Positions 37,495-47,652 are shown, counted from the stretch's first letter. The stretch: DNA of 64,000 nucleotides from an uncultured virus (IMG/VR IMGVR_UViG_3300024359_000004) (IMGVR_UViG_3300024359_000004); one strand, 5' to 3'. The notes: a model not told the origin generated them from the sequence alone. Program-made: numbers and translations.

Positions 37495-38553
37495 TTATTG
37501 ATTTTTGTTCTGCGCAACAGTTTCATTAATTATTTTTAATTTTTCTATTAATTCTTTCTGTTCATCCGTTAATTCTTCTGGTATTTTGATGTCCAATGTT
37601 ATTAACATATCACCAACAGAACCATTAACAGAATTAAGACCCTTATTAACAATCCTTAGGTTGTCACCAACATTACTATGTGGTGGAATGGTTACTCTTA
37701 TCTTGCCACCACTTATTACTGGTATTTCAACCTTATCACCTAAAACCATTTGTGGGTAAGTTAGTTTTAAGTTATACCTTAAGTCATTACCATTTCTAAC
37801 AAAGTGGTCATGTTTTTTTGTCATCACTTTAACTATTAATCTACCTGGATTACCACCCTTCACAGAATGACCCATACCAATGAATGTTAGAGCTTCATTA
37901 TCTCTAATACCCTTTGGTATATTAACTTCTACGGTTTCTTCAGCATTATTTATACCACTACCACCACAAGAGCTACAAACGTTTTGATGAATTTCACCTG
38001 TCCTTTCACATCTGTTACAATCAACCATTTGTCTCATAACTCCCATTGGGGTTTGTTGTTGATATATTTTATATCCGTTACCACCGCAATCAGGACAGGT
38101 TGTTTTATTTGTGCCGCCTTCACCATTACATGGTTGGCAACTTGCATTTCTTCTATACTTAAATTTCTTTGTTACACCATTGTGAACATCTTCAAGTGTT
38201 ATATTCACATTTAAAACTAAATCATGACCTCTTCTTTCTTGTCTTCTGGCGAATGGGTTTGCACCACCACCAAAACCAAACTCTCTCATGATGTCTTCCA
38301 TACTTGCTCCACCACCAAATGGGTTTTGCTGTCCGTTTGTATTTCCAAATCTATCGTAATTTGTTCTTTTTGTCTTATCTGAGAGGGTTTCATAAGCTGT
38401 CGCTATGTCTTTAAACTTATCTTCAGCTTCAGTGTCTCCAGGGTTTAAATCTGGGTGGTATTTTTTAGATAATTTTCTATATGCTTTCTTTATTGTTGTT
38501 TCATTAGCATTTTTGTCAACACCTAAAATTTTATAATAATCTTTTGTAACCAT
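37495..38553 (-). CDS. dnaJ: molecular chaperone DnaJ
   Basis: J-domain with HPD, G/F region, four CxxCxGxG-type repeats, C-terminal domain. Confidence 0.95.
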   Translation of the reverse strand: MVTKDYYKILGVDKNANETTIKKAYRKLSKKYHPDLNPGDTEAEDKFKDIATAYETLSDKTKRTNYDRFGNTNGQQNPFGGGASMEDIMREFGFGGGANPFARRQERRGHDLVLNVNITLEDVHNGVTKKFKYRRNASCQPCNGEGGTNKTTCPDCGGNGYKIYQQQTPMGVMRQMVDCNRCERTGEIHQNVCSSCGGSGINNAEETVEVNIPKGIRDNEALTFIGMGHSVKGGNPGRLIVKVMTKKHDHFVRNGNDLRYNLKLTYPQMVLGDKVEIPVISGGKIRVTIPPHSNVGDNLRIVNKGLNSVNGSVGDMLITLDIKIPEELTDEQKELIEKLKIINETVAQNKNQ

Positions 38554-38592
38554 CTATTTATTTTTGTATTAATATAAGTAAATTTAAGAGAT

Positions 38593-39252
38593 ATGTACAG
38601 AGTAATACTCACAAAAAATGGGGTCTATAAAATGACCCTTCATCGATGTAAGACAGTTGAAACTTCATTTATTAATTACCATAGAATAATTGATGAAAAT
38701 AAGTCTGTCTTATTCCCTAAAAAACATATCAATTATAACGGTATAAAACCTGTTAAATATAAGATATATGTTGTTAAGGATACTGAAGAAGGTGATGATT
38801 TTAGAACTAGAAGAGATTCTATGGGTAGAACATATAGAGAGAAACCTCTTTTTGGTATATGGACAGTTTTAGATGACCATGAATATGATTTAGAAGAGAC
38901 GTTCTGGATGTATGGTAGAGACCCTAAACATGATAGGGTGACTATTCATGATGTTACTAAGTACTTAATGAAAAATATACAAGAACATAAACATTCTAAA
39001 CAAATTATAGTTGTATATAATAAATTGGTTATATATAATGAAAAGCAATTTGATATGGTGATTTGTAAATGTAAAAAAGATGCTCAAAGGCTTCACCACG
39101 AATTAGATAAGGCAGTTAAAAAGAGCAAAATAAAAGGTTTAGTATTTATGGGTACTGCTAGTAAGGTTATGATTGGTAGAATGTATGATATTATACAAGA
39201 AAACACAGGTTGGGATATTCTTAAGATTAGAAGAACTTCAACTAGACCTTAA
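38593..39252 (+). CDS. hypothetical protein
   Basis: 219-aa ORF with no competing minus-strand gene. Confidence 0.65.
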   Translation: MYRVILTKNGVYKMTLHRCKTVETSFINYHRIIDENKSVLFPKKHINYNGIKPVKYKIYVVKDTEEGDDFRTRRDSMGRTYREKPLFGIWTVLDDHEYDLEETFWMYGRDPKHDRVTIHDVTKYLMKNIQEHKHSKQIIVVYNKLVIYNEKQFDMVICKCKKDAQRLHHELDKAVKKSKIKGLVFMGTASKVMIGRMYDIIQENTGWDILKIRRTSTRP

Positions 39253-39675
39253 AAATTCAATTTTTTGGTGTTTAGGTTGTTGTTTGACTTTATATTCTAA
39301 CTTAAGGGCTTCTGATTTACTGTCTACGAACTTGTATTCTTCTAAGATGACTGGTAATCTACCTCTAGTATATTTTGCTCCATTACCAGCATTATGTGCG
39401 TCTAAACGCTTTATTATATTATTTGTTATACCAGTGTATAAAGAACCGTCATTACATTCTAAGATATAAACGCACCATTTATCTAAATTATCATAATCAT
39501 TTATAAATCTAGCAGCATGCGATTCAATCAATCTAGCAAACCTATAACCATTTGTACCACGTTCTAAGGGACCTTCAATACCTCCTAGTAATTTATCCCA
39601 TTTTTTATTTAGTTCTTCCATTTGTGGGTGTTTTGGTTTATCACCATATTTATTAGTATTTAATAATTTACTCAT
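39238..39675 (-). CDS. GIY-YIG nuclease domain protein
   Basis: WCVYILEC.DGSLYTGITN...RL..HN.G.GAKYTRGR.PV. Confidence 0.88.
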   Translation of the reverse strand: MSKLLNTNKYGDKPKHPQMEELNKKWDKLLGGIEGPLERGTNGYRFARLIESHAARFINDYDNLDKWCVYILECNDGSLYTGITNNIIKRLDAHNAGNGAKYTRGRLPVILEEYKFVDSKSEALKLEYKVKQQPKHQKIEFLRSS

Positions 39676-39853
39676 ATCAACCCATCTCTTTGGTCTACTA
39701 GGTAGTTCTCTAGATTTTTTATAATTCTGATTAACTCTTTATAGTCCTGACTATCTTTACCACCATCTCTAAGTTCAATTAAAAGCTCTTCCACTCTATA
39801 TAGAAGAGCTAATAATTGGCATTCTCTCGAATTGTTGTTTTCGTTGCTCATGA

Positions 39854-40165
39854 TTATTTCTTTACTTCAACCTCGTTTACTTCATCAGCTTTACCATTAT
39901 CGGCTCCCTGACCAACATCAAAATTCTTTGTAAGGTCTTCAATAATTTTATTTATTTCTTTCATGTCAGCTTCAGCAACTTGTACTGGGTTGACACATTC
40001 AATTCTTTCCTCACCATCTGTGGGCATGAAGAACGCCATTGCGTTTGCTTTTCTTTGTGCTAACGCATCATTTACTGAATCAGCAAATGGTTTTACTATA
40101 TCTGGATTCATCATCATTTCTCTGTCCAGATAAAATACAATTAATAAAGGGTATCCTTTTTCCAT
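39854..40165 (-). CDS. hypothetical protein
   Basis: ORF track. Confidence 0.6.
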   Translation of the reverse strand: MEKGYPLLIVFYLDREMMMNPDIVKPFADSVNDALAQRKANAMAFFMPTDGEERIECVNPVQVAEADMKEINKIIEDLTKNFDVGQGADNGKADEVNEVEVKK

Positions 40166-40273
40166 AACTCTTAATTTATTTTTTTTATTAAAAGAATAAT
40201 AAGTAATATTAACAAATAAGTAAACTTTTATTATAATTTAATCATTCCACAACGTGTTGTGTTATAAAATCCA

Positions 40274-40576
40274 TTACTGATTAATATATTCTTCGTAGCT
40301 CATTTCTGTTACATTTGAGCGTAAATCTTCTTTATTATTAACCCAGTCATCTGGTGTAAAATACTCAGATAACAATTCGTTTACTAAGACATTTTTTTCT
40401 TTTTCATTTACAATGTCAGCTCTTAATGGATTACCATTATGGTCAACCAAATAAACTATTGATTGCGAATTATCTTCTTTAATTTGTTTTACTAAAATTT
40501 TCATTACTCTAATTTTAAAACTTTCTTTATTTATATATATTTTAAATCTAAGTATTTTTTTGCAAAGTGTAAACAA
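40274..40576 (-). CDS. hypothetical protein (likely start MKILV)
   Basis: ORF track. Confidence 0.55.
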   Translation of the reverse strand: MFTLCKKILRFKIYINKESFKIRVMKILVKQIKEDNSQSIVYLVDHNGNPLRADIVNEKEKNVLVNELLSEYFTPDDWVNNKEDLRSNVTEMSYEEYINQ

Positions 40577-40623
40577 TAAAAAAAGGGATTTATGAAAAAA
40601 AAATCATAAATCCCCTTAATAAA

Positions 40624-40765
40624 TCAGAATGCTGAGGCTTTTTACTTCTAACCTTGTAGTGAAGTTGTTGTTTTTTTATTATTGGGTTTAACTACCAATT
40701 TCTAGGTACCAACCAAACCTCTCTTCTCTGTTTGTATAGTTAAGAGTTTGCTGAATGCATTCTTT
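40624..40765 (-). ncRNA. structured RNA motif directly after the TROVE/vWA-like gene
   Basis: AAAGAATGCATTCAGCAA...GCATTCTGA closing helix with internal hairpins; same design as 32536-32658. Confidence 0.6.
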
Positions 40766-40769
40766 AATA

Positions 40770-42221
40770 TTACATACTTACCTTATCATATCTTTCACTA
40801 TCAATAACATCCATCATAATACTATATGGTGTAAATTCATTACCAGATAACAATGCAGTTAATATAGCTGGGCTAAACCCACTAACAAGTGCCGTACCTT
40901 GCTTGTCAAAACTAACTGGTGAGTTATCTTGTCTTGATTGAATATTCCAATATACAATTTTCGGCATATTAAAACCAGCATCTTTGTACATTGTTTCAAT
41001 CATTTTCTGTGCTGTTGGGTTCCAAACTGAGTTGTTACCCCAACCTTTAGCTGTAGCTGAATTGAACTCCATATCAGAAAGTATTAAGATAGTTGTTGGC
41101 ATATCTTCTTCAGATAAATTACCCTCAACAGCCTTTTGTAATAACACCTTGAATGTTTCTTCAAGGTTTGTTGAACCACCCCAATCTGCTGAAGATAGTT
41201 GGTTATATCTATCAACTAAATCACCTTTTAAGTATTCTAACTTTGGTGAACTTGAGAATGTAAAGAACGCATCTTTAAATGGTCCTTCATTCCTTTCTGA
41301 GATATACAACCCTAGAGATATTGCAACATCCATACATGTTAAGTTTGGATTATTCCCAGCTGGCACTCCCATAGAACCAGAAACATCAACTACAGGTAAT
41401 ATTCTTTCTTTAGAACCTTCCATATAGTTTGGTAATGATTTCCATTGCTCTGTAGCACCTTCACTGTTACCATGTTCTAAGTTCTTTGTGATATCATAAG
41501 GATATACAGCACCAGTATTAATCTTAGCCTCACCTTTCTTTAATGATTCTAGATAAGTGTTGAACCCTTTAGAGTCATTTCTATTAAAAGCTGTCATATA
41601 ATCAGACATAGCTTTTGATGGTACATGTGAATAGTTAATATTCTCAAATCTCTTAGAACACATTAACTGTTCAACAGTGTTTGATAATTCAGCTAATAAC
41701 TTTCTATACGCTTTTGGTTCTAAACCTAAATACTTTCTAATAACTGATGCCCATCTCTTCTTTTCTCTATTCTTAGTATTACCTCTTGGTAACCATTTAG
41801 CACAAAGACCATCTTTACCTTCTAATGCACAAGCTATCTCACCTAAGACATCTTTCTCTAATCTAGTACCGATTAAAAGTAACATGTCATCCCATCTACC
41901 GTACTCTGGAATAAGACCAATGTTTTTCTTTAGAGTGTCTGGTTTAGTTTTAGCTAAATAAGTTAATATTTCTCTAAATGTCTTTCTTTCACCAGCACCA
42001 CCTCTGATGTCTCTACACCAAAAAAGAATTTTCATAGCTGTTAATGGGTCTTCTCCAAATGCTTTTGAGAAAACACTAATCTTTCTTTTCTTATCTTCAC
42101 CTCTTAGGGCTCCGATTTTGAAGAATAAGTCAACACATATATTAAGTGATGTTGAGTTGCTTGCCATTCCGTTCTCAGTTTGAGAATCATTAGTCAATAA
42201 AGTGTCGATTAATTTACCCAT
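40770..42221 (-). CDS. DUF2828-like helical plus vWA protein (Ro60/TROVE-like architecture)
   Basis: TENG...ST...DLFF, RDIRGG.GER, YGRWDD, AKWLPR, MIDAS DVSGSM, LSDMEF, SGFSP. Confidence 0.85.
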   Translation of the reverse strand: MGKLIDTLLTNDSQTENGMASNSTSLNICVDLFFKIGALRGEDKKRKISVFSKAFGEDPLTAMKILFWCRDIRGGAGERKTFREILTYLAKTKPDTLKKNIGLIPEYGRWDDMLLLIGTRLEKDVLGEIACALEGKDGLCAKWLPRGNTKNREKKRWASVIRKYLGLEPKAYRKLLAELSNTVEQLMCSKRFENINYSHVPSKAMSDYMTAFNRNDSKGFNTYLESLKKGEAKINTGAVYPYDITKNLEHGNSEGATEQWKSLPNYMEGSKERILPVVDVSGSMGVPAGNNPNLTCMDVAISLGLYISERNEGPFKDAFFTFSSSPKLEYLKGDLVDRYNQLSSADWGGSTNLEETFKVLLQKAVEGNLSEEDMPTTILILSDMEFNSATAKGWGNNSVWNPTAQKMIETMYKDAGFNMPKIVYWNIQSRQDNSPVSFDKQGTALVSGFSPAILTALLSGNEFTPYSIMMDVIDSERYDKVSM

Positions 42222-42292
42222 AAGTTTTAGTTTTAAATTATGTACAAATATATTATAAACTTTTTATAATGTCAAGTATTTGTTTATTTTTT

Positions 42293-42778
42293 TTATAATT
42301 TTATAAACCAAGCTCTAATTTTTGATGTTGTGTTCTGTATATTGGTGAACTCAACATTGTTTATTTCACCATCGTCAACAAAGTAATAACCCACGTTAGC
42401 TGAATAACTACTACCACCAAACGGAAAGAAGTAACTAAGTGTTAACTCATAGTTTGTCGATGATGGTATACTACTAAGTGTGTATGGTCTATCACCACCG
42501 TTATTAACACTATAAGTATTGTTATCAATAAAATGTATTGTATCGTTTGGGTATTCTGTTGCAAATGATGAAACATATTTTGTTAATACCCAAGTGGTAC
42601 CACTCAATGTTGTATTACTTTGACCACCACCTGTAAGTGTCCCACCATTATTATATTGGGCTTGCCAATGTGTTGTGTCTTGATTCGCTTCTTCAATCTC
42701 TACGTATGGTGAGTATTCTTCCTTCTCACATGAGATAAATAATAGAGATGTTAAAACTAAAAATAAAAACTTTTTCAT
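42293..42778 (-). CDS. lipoprotein
   Basis: MKKFLFLVLTSLLFISC lipobox. Confidence 0.75.
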   Translation of the reverse strand: MKKFLFLVLTSLLFISCEKEEYSPYVEIEEANQDTTHWQAQYNNGGTLTGGGQSNTTLSGTTWVLTKYVSSFATEYPNDTIHFIDNNTYSVNNGGDRPYTLSSIPSSTNYELTLSYFFPFGGSSYSANVGYYFVDDGEINNVEFTNIQNTTSKIRAWFIKL

Positions 42779-42821
42779 TTGATTTTCTTATTTGATTTAA
42801 TACAAATATAAAAAACCTTTT

Positions 42822-43052
42822 TTAATTATCCAAATCTTTTTTAATAAATCTTACAACAACCCCACCTATTTCGACTTCAATTATCTCTCTATGTTCGAAT
42901 ATACCGTCTGGATTGGATTTATAAAATAAGTGTTCATCCATATTTACATGGTTTTTTTCATCTAACTCATACAATAATACCAAACCGTCTTTGTGGATGT
43001 TTTCGTTGTTAACAACTTCTGATATAGTTTCTATTAACTCTTCGTAATTCAT
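42822..43052 (-). CDS. hypothetical protein
   Basis: ORF track. Confidence 0.6.
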   Translation of the reverse strand: MNYEELIETISEVVNNENIHKDGLVLLYELDEKNHVNMDEHLFYKSNPDGIFEHREIIEVEIGGVVVRFIKKDLDN

Positions 43053-43053
43053 A

Positions 43054-43371
43054 TTAAAACTTAATGAAAATGTTTTTAATGGCTGTAATTAATTTCTGGT
43101 GCCATTTCTTTTTGATTATTTTTACCTTGTTTGGGTTGTCCTTTACTTTTTGACCTAAACCACTTTTTAATTCATTTATGAATTGCTCTTTCTTTAGTTT
43201 CGTATTTTGTTTTGTAGCTTTGATTTCATTACTTATTGAATCTATCGTTTCAATTCTATCTTCAAGTGTTTCTTGTTTTTCTAAATCATTAATAAACCCT
43301 TTATTATGTTCATTAAATTTAGATAACACTTCTTCCAATGATATCTTACCCTTTAATCTTTCGTTACTCAT
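43054..43371 (-). CDS. hypothetical coiled-coil protein
   Basis: ORF track. Confidence 0.55.
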   Translation of the reverse strand: MSNERLKGKISLEEVLSKFNEHNKGFINDLEKQETLEDRIETIDSISNEIKATKQNTKLKKEQFINELKSGLGQKVKDNPNKVKIIKKKWHQKLITAIKNIFIKF

Positions 43372-43819
43372 ATATTTTGTTAATCTTATCTATTAGACCA
43401 GGATATAATGGTGATGGTAAATTATCCTTATCACACCACTTATAATCGTGATTCTCATGGTCTAATTTAGGTAAAAATTCTCTATTAGTAAATCCTTGGT
43501 AGTAATAAAATTCTGAATTTTTATCAGTATTAACAATTTTTTTAATGAATTTAAAGTCTATTTTTGTTTCGGGGTTGTCAGCATCTATCTGTGTTTCTTC
43601 TCGTATTTCTCTCTTGAGTCCAGTTAAAACATCTTCACCTTCATCTATACCACCACTAATCATAGCCCATTTATTTGAGTGTTCTCCCTCAGCCCTCAAT
43701 AACAATAAGACTCTACTTGTCTCACTACACTTTACAAGAACCCCAGTAGCTCTATTTGTATCACCTTCTTCATTGGTTGATATACCTTCTAATAACCTTT
43801 TTTTAATAAACTCCTTCAT
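43364..43819 (-). CDS. NUDIX hydrolase
   Basis: GGIDEGE....GLKREIREET Nudix box; MKEFIKKRLLE leader. Confidence 0.88.
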   Translation of the reverse strand: MKEFIKKRLLEGISTNEEGDTNRATGVLVKCSETSRVLLLLRAEGEHSNKWAMISGGIDEGEDVLTGLKREIREETQIDADNPETKIDFKFIKKIVNTDKNSEFYYYQGFTNREFLPKLDHENHDYKWCDKDNLPSPLYPGLIDKINKIYE

Positions 43820-43878
43820 ATTATATAAATATTGACAATATCATCATTATATACTATTTTTGTAAAAAAAACAAAGTT

Positions 43879-44202
43879 ATGATTAAATTATTTATTTTTA
43901 TTTTAACATGTTACGGGGTTAGTAACATTTTAGTTTATGGTTCTATATTTGAACCATTTAGAAACTTCTTATCTAAGTTTGGTACTGGTGATAAGAGTCT
44001 GTACAAATTATTTACTTGTATGATGTGTTTACCCACTTGGGTTGGTTTTGGTTTATCATACCTATTACAATCACAAGGTATGGATACACCACTTACAATG
44101 TATGGTGTTGAAAACTTGTACTTAGCGATATTCTTAGATGGTGTATTAGCTAGTGGAGGTGTTTACGCATTCAATGTATTGGTTGAACACTTTGAGGGGT
44201 AG
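43879..44202 (+). CDS. DUF1360-like membrane protein
   Basis: IFEPFR, LFTCMMCL..WVG. Confidence 0.7.
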   Translation: MIKLFIFILTCYGVSNILVYGSIFEPFRNFLSKFGTGDKSLYKLFTCMMCLPTWVGFGLSYLLQSQGMDTPLTMYGVENLYLAIFLDGVLASGGVYAFNVLVEHFEG

Positions 44203-44238
44203 AAATAAAAAAGCCTCCAAATCGGAGGCTTTATTTTT

Positions 44239-44910
44239 TTAATAGGTTTTTTCCATTTTTTCTTCTTCGCAGACTGGACAGACTTCACCTGGACCACACT
44301 TACAAACAATCTTAGGTACTTCGTATTCTTCAACCACTATCTTTTCATTCTTTGGTGGTAGTTCTACTTTCTGACCCTTAACATTTGCAATATTAGTTTT
44401 GGTGTCGTTTTTTTCATCTTTTTCAGTAGTTTCTTCAGTTGTTTCATTTTTTACAACATCTTCTGTAACCACTTCAATTTTGATTTCAGTTTCAATTGGT
44501 TCTTCTTCTTCCAAATCAAACTCATCCATTTCACCCAATGATGGCATAACCGTTGGTTCGTTAAATGAAAACTTTAATGTTTCTAATTTTGTTAATGAAT
44601 TTTCCTTAAACAATTTTTTTAATTCATTCACTTTTAGTTTAAGTAATTCATATTTCTTTTCTCTTTCAATATTAACACCGATTATACCTTCAACATATTC
44701 TAAAAGGTCATCAATAGTTACACCCTCTTTCTCAGTATAAAACATGTAATAGTTTTGAGCCTCATCAACAAACTCTTTTTTAATAGTATCTGATGTAGGT
44801 ACAGACCAACCTTCTTTAAATACAGCATCCACTATTTGCATACCATGTAAGTATCTAATACCGACAACATATGGTTGTAATGAATCTAGTTTTTCTTGTA
44901 TCTTTGACAT
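44239..44910 (-). CDS. hypothetical protein with Cys-rich C-terminus
   Basis: CKC....VCPVC. Confidence 0.65.
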   Translation of the reverse strand: MSKIQEKLDSLQPYVVGIRYLHGMQIVDAVFKEGWSVPTSDTIKKEFVDEAQNYYMFYTEKEGVTIDDLLEYVEGIIGVNIEREKKYELLKLKVNELKKLFKENSLTKLETLKFSFNEPTVMPSLGEMDEFDLEEEEPIETEIKIEVVTEDVVKNETTEETTEKDEKNDTKTNIANVKGQKVELPPKNEKIVVEEYEVPKIVCKCGPGEVCPVCEEEKMEKTY

Positions 44911-44920
44911 GTAAGTATTT

Positions 44921-45133
44921 TTATAATGTTATACCATTAATAATGGTACATAGTATATACGCTAAGGATACACTTAATACCCATAATGAACTACCACTTA
45001 AAATATATTTTTGTGGTGATTCGCCACTGGATTTAACCCAAGCTTGTATAAAATAATACGCATGTCTAGTTACATTTAGTACCGACATAAAGAAAACTAT
45101 GGTTAAAATTTTATTAAGTATATCCAAAAACAT
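44921..45133 (-). CDS. small membrane protein
   Basis: Two TM helices. Confidence 0.55.
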   Translation of the reverse strand: MFLDILNKILTIVFFMSVLNVTRHAYYFIQAWVKSSGESPQKYILSGSSLWVLSVSLAYILCTIINGITL

Positions 45134-45147
45134 ATATAACTCTTTAT

Positions 45148-45339
45148 TTAAGCTTTAGCTTCAGCCTTAGCTTTTTTAATTTCAGAAATATCCAATCTAA
45201 TTTCTTGAGCAACTTTTTTTACTTGTTGTAGTCCTTGTCTAACTCTCGTAGCTGCCGCATTGTTCCCTTTTGTATGGAATTTATCCATATCCTCTGTTAA
45301 ACTTTCAATTAAAGCTTTTAAATTTTCAAACTTTTCCAT
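45148..45339 (-). CDS. histone H1-like (Hc1-type) small protein
   Basis: D..KF..KGN.AAATRVR..LQ..K..AQ..R motif. Confidence 0.75.
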   Translation of the reverse strand: MEKFENLKALIESLTEDMDKFHTKGNNAAATRVRQGLQQVKKVAQEIRLDISEIKKAKAEAKA

Positions 45340-45350
45340 TTTAAATTAAT

Positions 45351-45575
45351 TTAATTATTATTATTATTCTCAATATCACCATTAGTTGTAGATGTATATG
45401 ATTTCCATTTTTCAATCATAATCTGCAAATTGGTAATTTCTTTAAGTGTTGACTTGATTTCTTTAACATTTGTCTCAACGTCAACATCATTATTATTTAT
45501 AAGTCTCTGTAATTTTTCTTCGTTCTTTAAAACATCAGAACTCAATTCACTTAAAACTATTTCTACTATTCTCAT
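45351..45575 (-). CDS. hypothetical protein
   Basis: ORF track. Confidence 0.55.
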   Translation of the reverse strand: MRIVEIVLSELSSDVLKNEEKLQRLINNNDVDVETNVKEIKSTLKEITNLQIMIEKWKSYTSTTNGDIENNNNN

Positions 45576-45626
45576 GTGTTAATTATACTAAATTAAAAAT
45601 AATAATCAACCCTAAAACACTTTTTT

Positions 45627-46103
45627 TTACCCTTTTTTGATGGATTTTTCCAAAATCTTATATATCTCAATGAAGTTATCCATATCTGAACTGGTCTTCA
45701 TTCCATTATAAGAAAATATGGTTTCCCATAAACTAGTTATAATTCCTTTTATCTTTTTTGAATTCTTACTTTCAATATTATAAAACACTTCAGTCATAAA
45801 TTCTTTAAAGTAATCAAATGATTCACCCTCCCTTGAGAAGTTAATACCTTCCAGTTTAAAATTATCAATATTCTTTTGCCAACACCATTCAAAGTGTTTT
45901 AATCTATCATGTTCTTCAGTGATTTCATCACCAAGATAAGTGTCAAATATAACACATAACAATGATTGTACGTAATCACTAAATAATTCGCATCTATCAA
46001 AACTGATATTGTTTGCACTATATATTACCGCAATACTGTTTTTACTTAATGGGGAACCTATGTAACTCAAAAATTCTATATTTTTATCAGCATTTTCTAT
46101 CAT
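45627..46103 (-). CDS. hypothetical protein
   Basis: ORF track; DTYLG motif. Confidence 0.6.
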   Translation of the reverse strand: MIENADKNIEFLSYIGSPLSKNSIAVIYSANNISFDRCELFSDYVQSLLCVIFDTYLGDEITEEHDRLKHFEWCWQKNIDNFKLEGINFSREGESFDYFKEFMTEVFYNIESKNSKKIKGIITSLWETIFSYNGMKTSSDMDNFIEIYKILEKSIKKG

Positions 46104-46139
46104 AAATTAAATATACAAACTATAATAGAAAAATAAATG

Positions 46140-47021
46140 TTATAATGATACTAACATATCTAACAACTCTTGTTGTGGGAACATATCAAATTTATCTTTA
46201 CGAAGATTTGTGTGAGTCAATAGACCCTTAACCTTACCGTAATAAGCATCAGAACTAAATTCAAATGCATTGGCACCCTTATCTTTAATCCACTTTGGTA
46301 GACCTTCTCTTACATCTATATTATCTCTATCAGCAATATGTAATATCAATTGTCTAAGAGCTTCTATTTGTTTGTCAGAGTATCTGTGCCAGTCCTTATA
46401 ACCTCTGAACTCCTTATCTAGAGTTACTATTTGTGATTTGTCTGCTGTTGTACCAGCATACGTTTTTCCATTCGTTAAATAACCAAAGTTACAAACTTCT
46501 ATACCCACTGAGTGTGTGTGCATTCTTTGTGAACCGTTCTTACCTAAATGCCAAGCATAAGAACCCTCTGGGAACGCTTGTAAGACAACGCCATCATGTT
46601 TATCATCATTTCCTTTGATTGATTGGCCACCAACAACAAATTCAGTACCTATGGCACCTCTACTGTCTCTACCCCAATGGTCTATACATCTGTATGGGTT
46701 GTTCCATCCAGCAGTATGGTGTAAGAACAGATATTCTTTATCTGTTGGTCCTTGTTTATATTCGTCTCTTGGTAAGAAGTGTTTATGTATCATCAATGAT
46801 AGGTTTGTTTGGATTAGTGTTTCTGATAAATCAGTACTTAATAATCCTATAGCGTTCATAGTTTTTGGTCCTACTTCACCATCACCAATAAGTCCGTTAG
46901 CATTTTGCCAAACAATTACGGCTGATTCAGTCATTGGTCCGAAATCACCATCTACTGTTATACCTAGGAATTCTTGTATTAATTTTACTTCTTCCCCCTT
47001 AGAGCCTAACTTTAGTATCAT
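46140..47021 (-). CDS. N-acetylmuramoyl-L-alanine amidase with peptidoglycan-binding domain (endolysin)
   Basis: LKLGSKG..V..IQ...VDGDFGP.TE.AV..WQ...GL..DG.VGP.T; LHHTAG, AWH, GIEVCN, H...RKDK.D. Confidence 0.9.
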   Translation of the reverse strand: MILKLGSKGEEVKLIQEFLGITVDGDFGPMTESAVIVWQNANGLIGDGEVGPKTMNAIGLLSTDLSETLIQTNLSLMIHKHFLPRDEYKQGPTDKEYLFLHHTAGWNNPYRCIDHWGRDSRGAIGTEFVVGGQSIKGNDDKHDGVVLQAFPEGSYAWHLGKNGSQRMHTHSVGIEVCNFGYLTNGKTYAGTTADKSQIVTLDKEFRGYKDWHRYSDKQIEALRQLILHIADRDNIDVREGLPKWIKDKGANAFEFSSDAYYGKVKGLLTHTNLRKDKFDMFPQQELLDMLVSL

Positions 47022-47031
47022 AATTTTATTT

Positions 47032-47565
47032 TTATAATGTGTAAACTGGGATTGTTATTCCGCTAACGATTAATTCACCTTTTTCGTTATTAGCTAATGT
47101 AATTTCTATTTCATCACCAACAGTAATAACTCCACTACCACTCTCTTCTTCTTTATTAACATCTTCCCAATTCAATGGCATTGTTACCGTTATTTGTTCT
47201 GGGTCGTCACTACCGTTTGGGTAATAAGACACCTCTAACTCAACTTCCGATGGTCCTTCTATAGCATATAAGCTAATACCTTTAATCCCCCACTCTCTAG
47301 CTTCTATATCTATAAGGTATGATAATTTTATAGAGGTTGCTTCAACCCAATCAATTTCATTACCATTAATAGTTGCTCGGTATGCATTAACGTTTAGCTT
47401 TACTTCGTTTGAGTAATTATCGCTAACACCTTCCTGTAACGACATTTCTGATTCTTCGTAATAACCTTCTTTCAATTCTTTTGGTGACATCTTTTCACCA
47501 CCCATGTATTTCATTAGGTTCTTCATTTTGTGAACCTCATTTAGTATTTTAATATCTTTACTCAT
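47032..47565 (-). CDS. hypothetical virion-associated protein
   Basis: LNEVHKMKNLM leader; TATTTAT upstream. Confidence 0.6.
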   Translation of the reverse strand: MSKDIKILNEVHKMKNLMKYMGGEKMSPKELKEGYYEESEMSLQEGVSDNYSNEVKLNVNAYRATINGNEIDWVEATSIKLSYLIDIEAREWGIKGISLYAIEGPSEVELEVSYYPNGSDDPEQITVTMPLNWEDVNKEEESGSGVITVGDEIEITLANNEKGELIVSGITIPVYTL

Positions 47566-47652
47566 AACTGTAATGTTTATTAATAAATATCAATACAAAA
47601 TAAAAAAGGCCTCTCATTTGAGAAGCCTTTTAAGTTTATTTAATAAATGATA

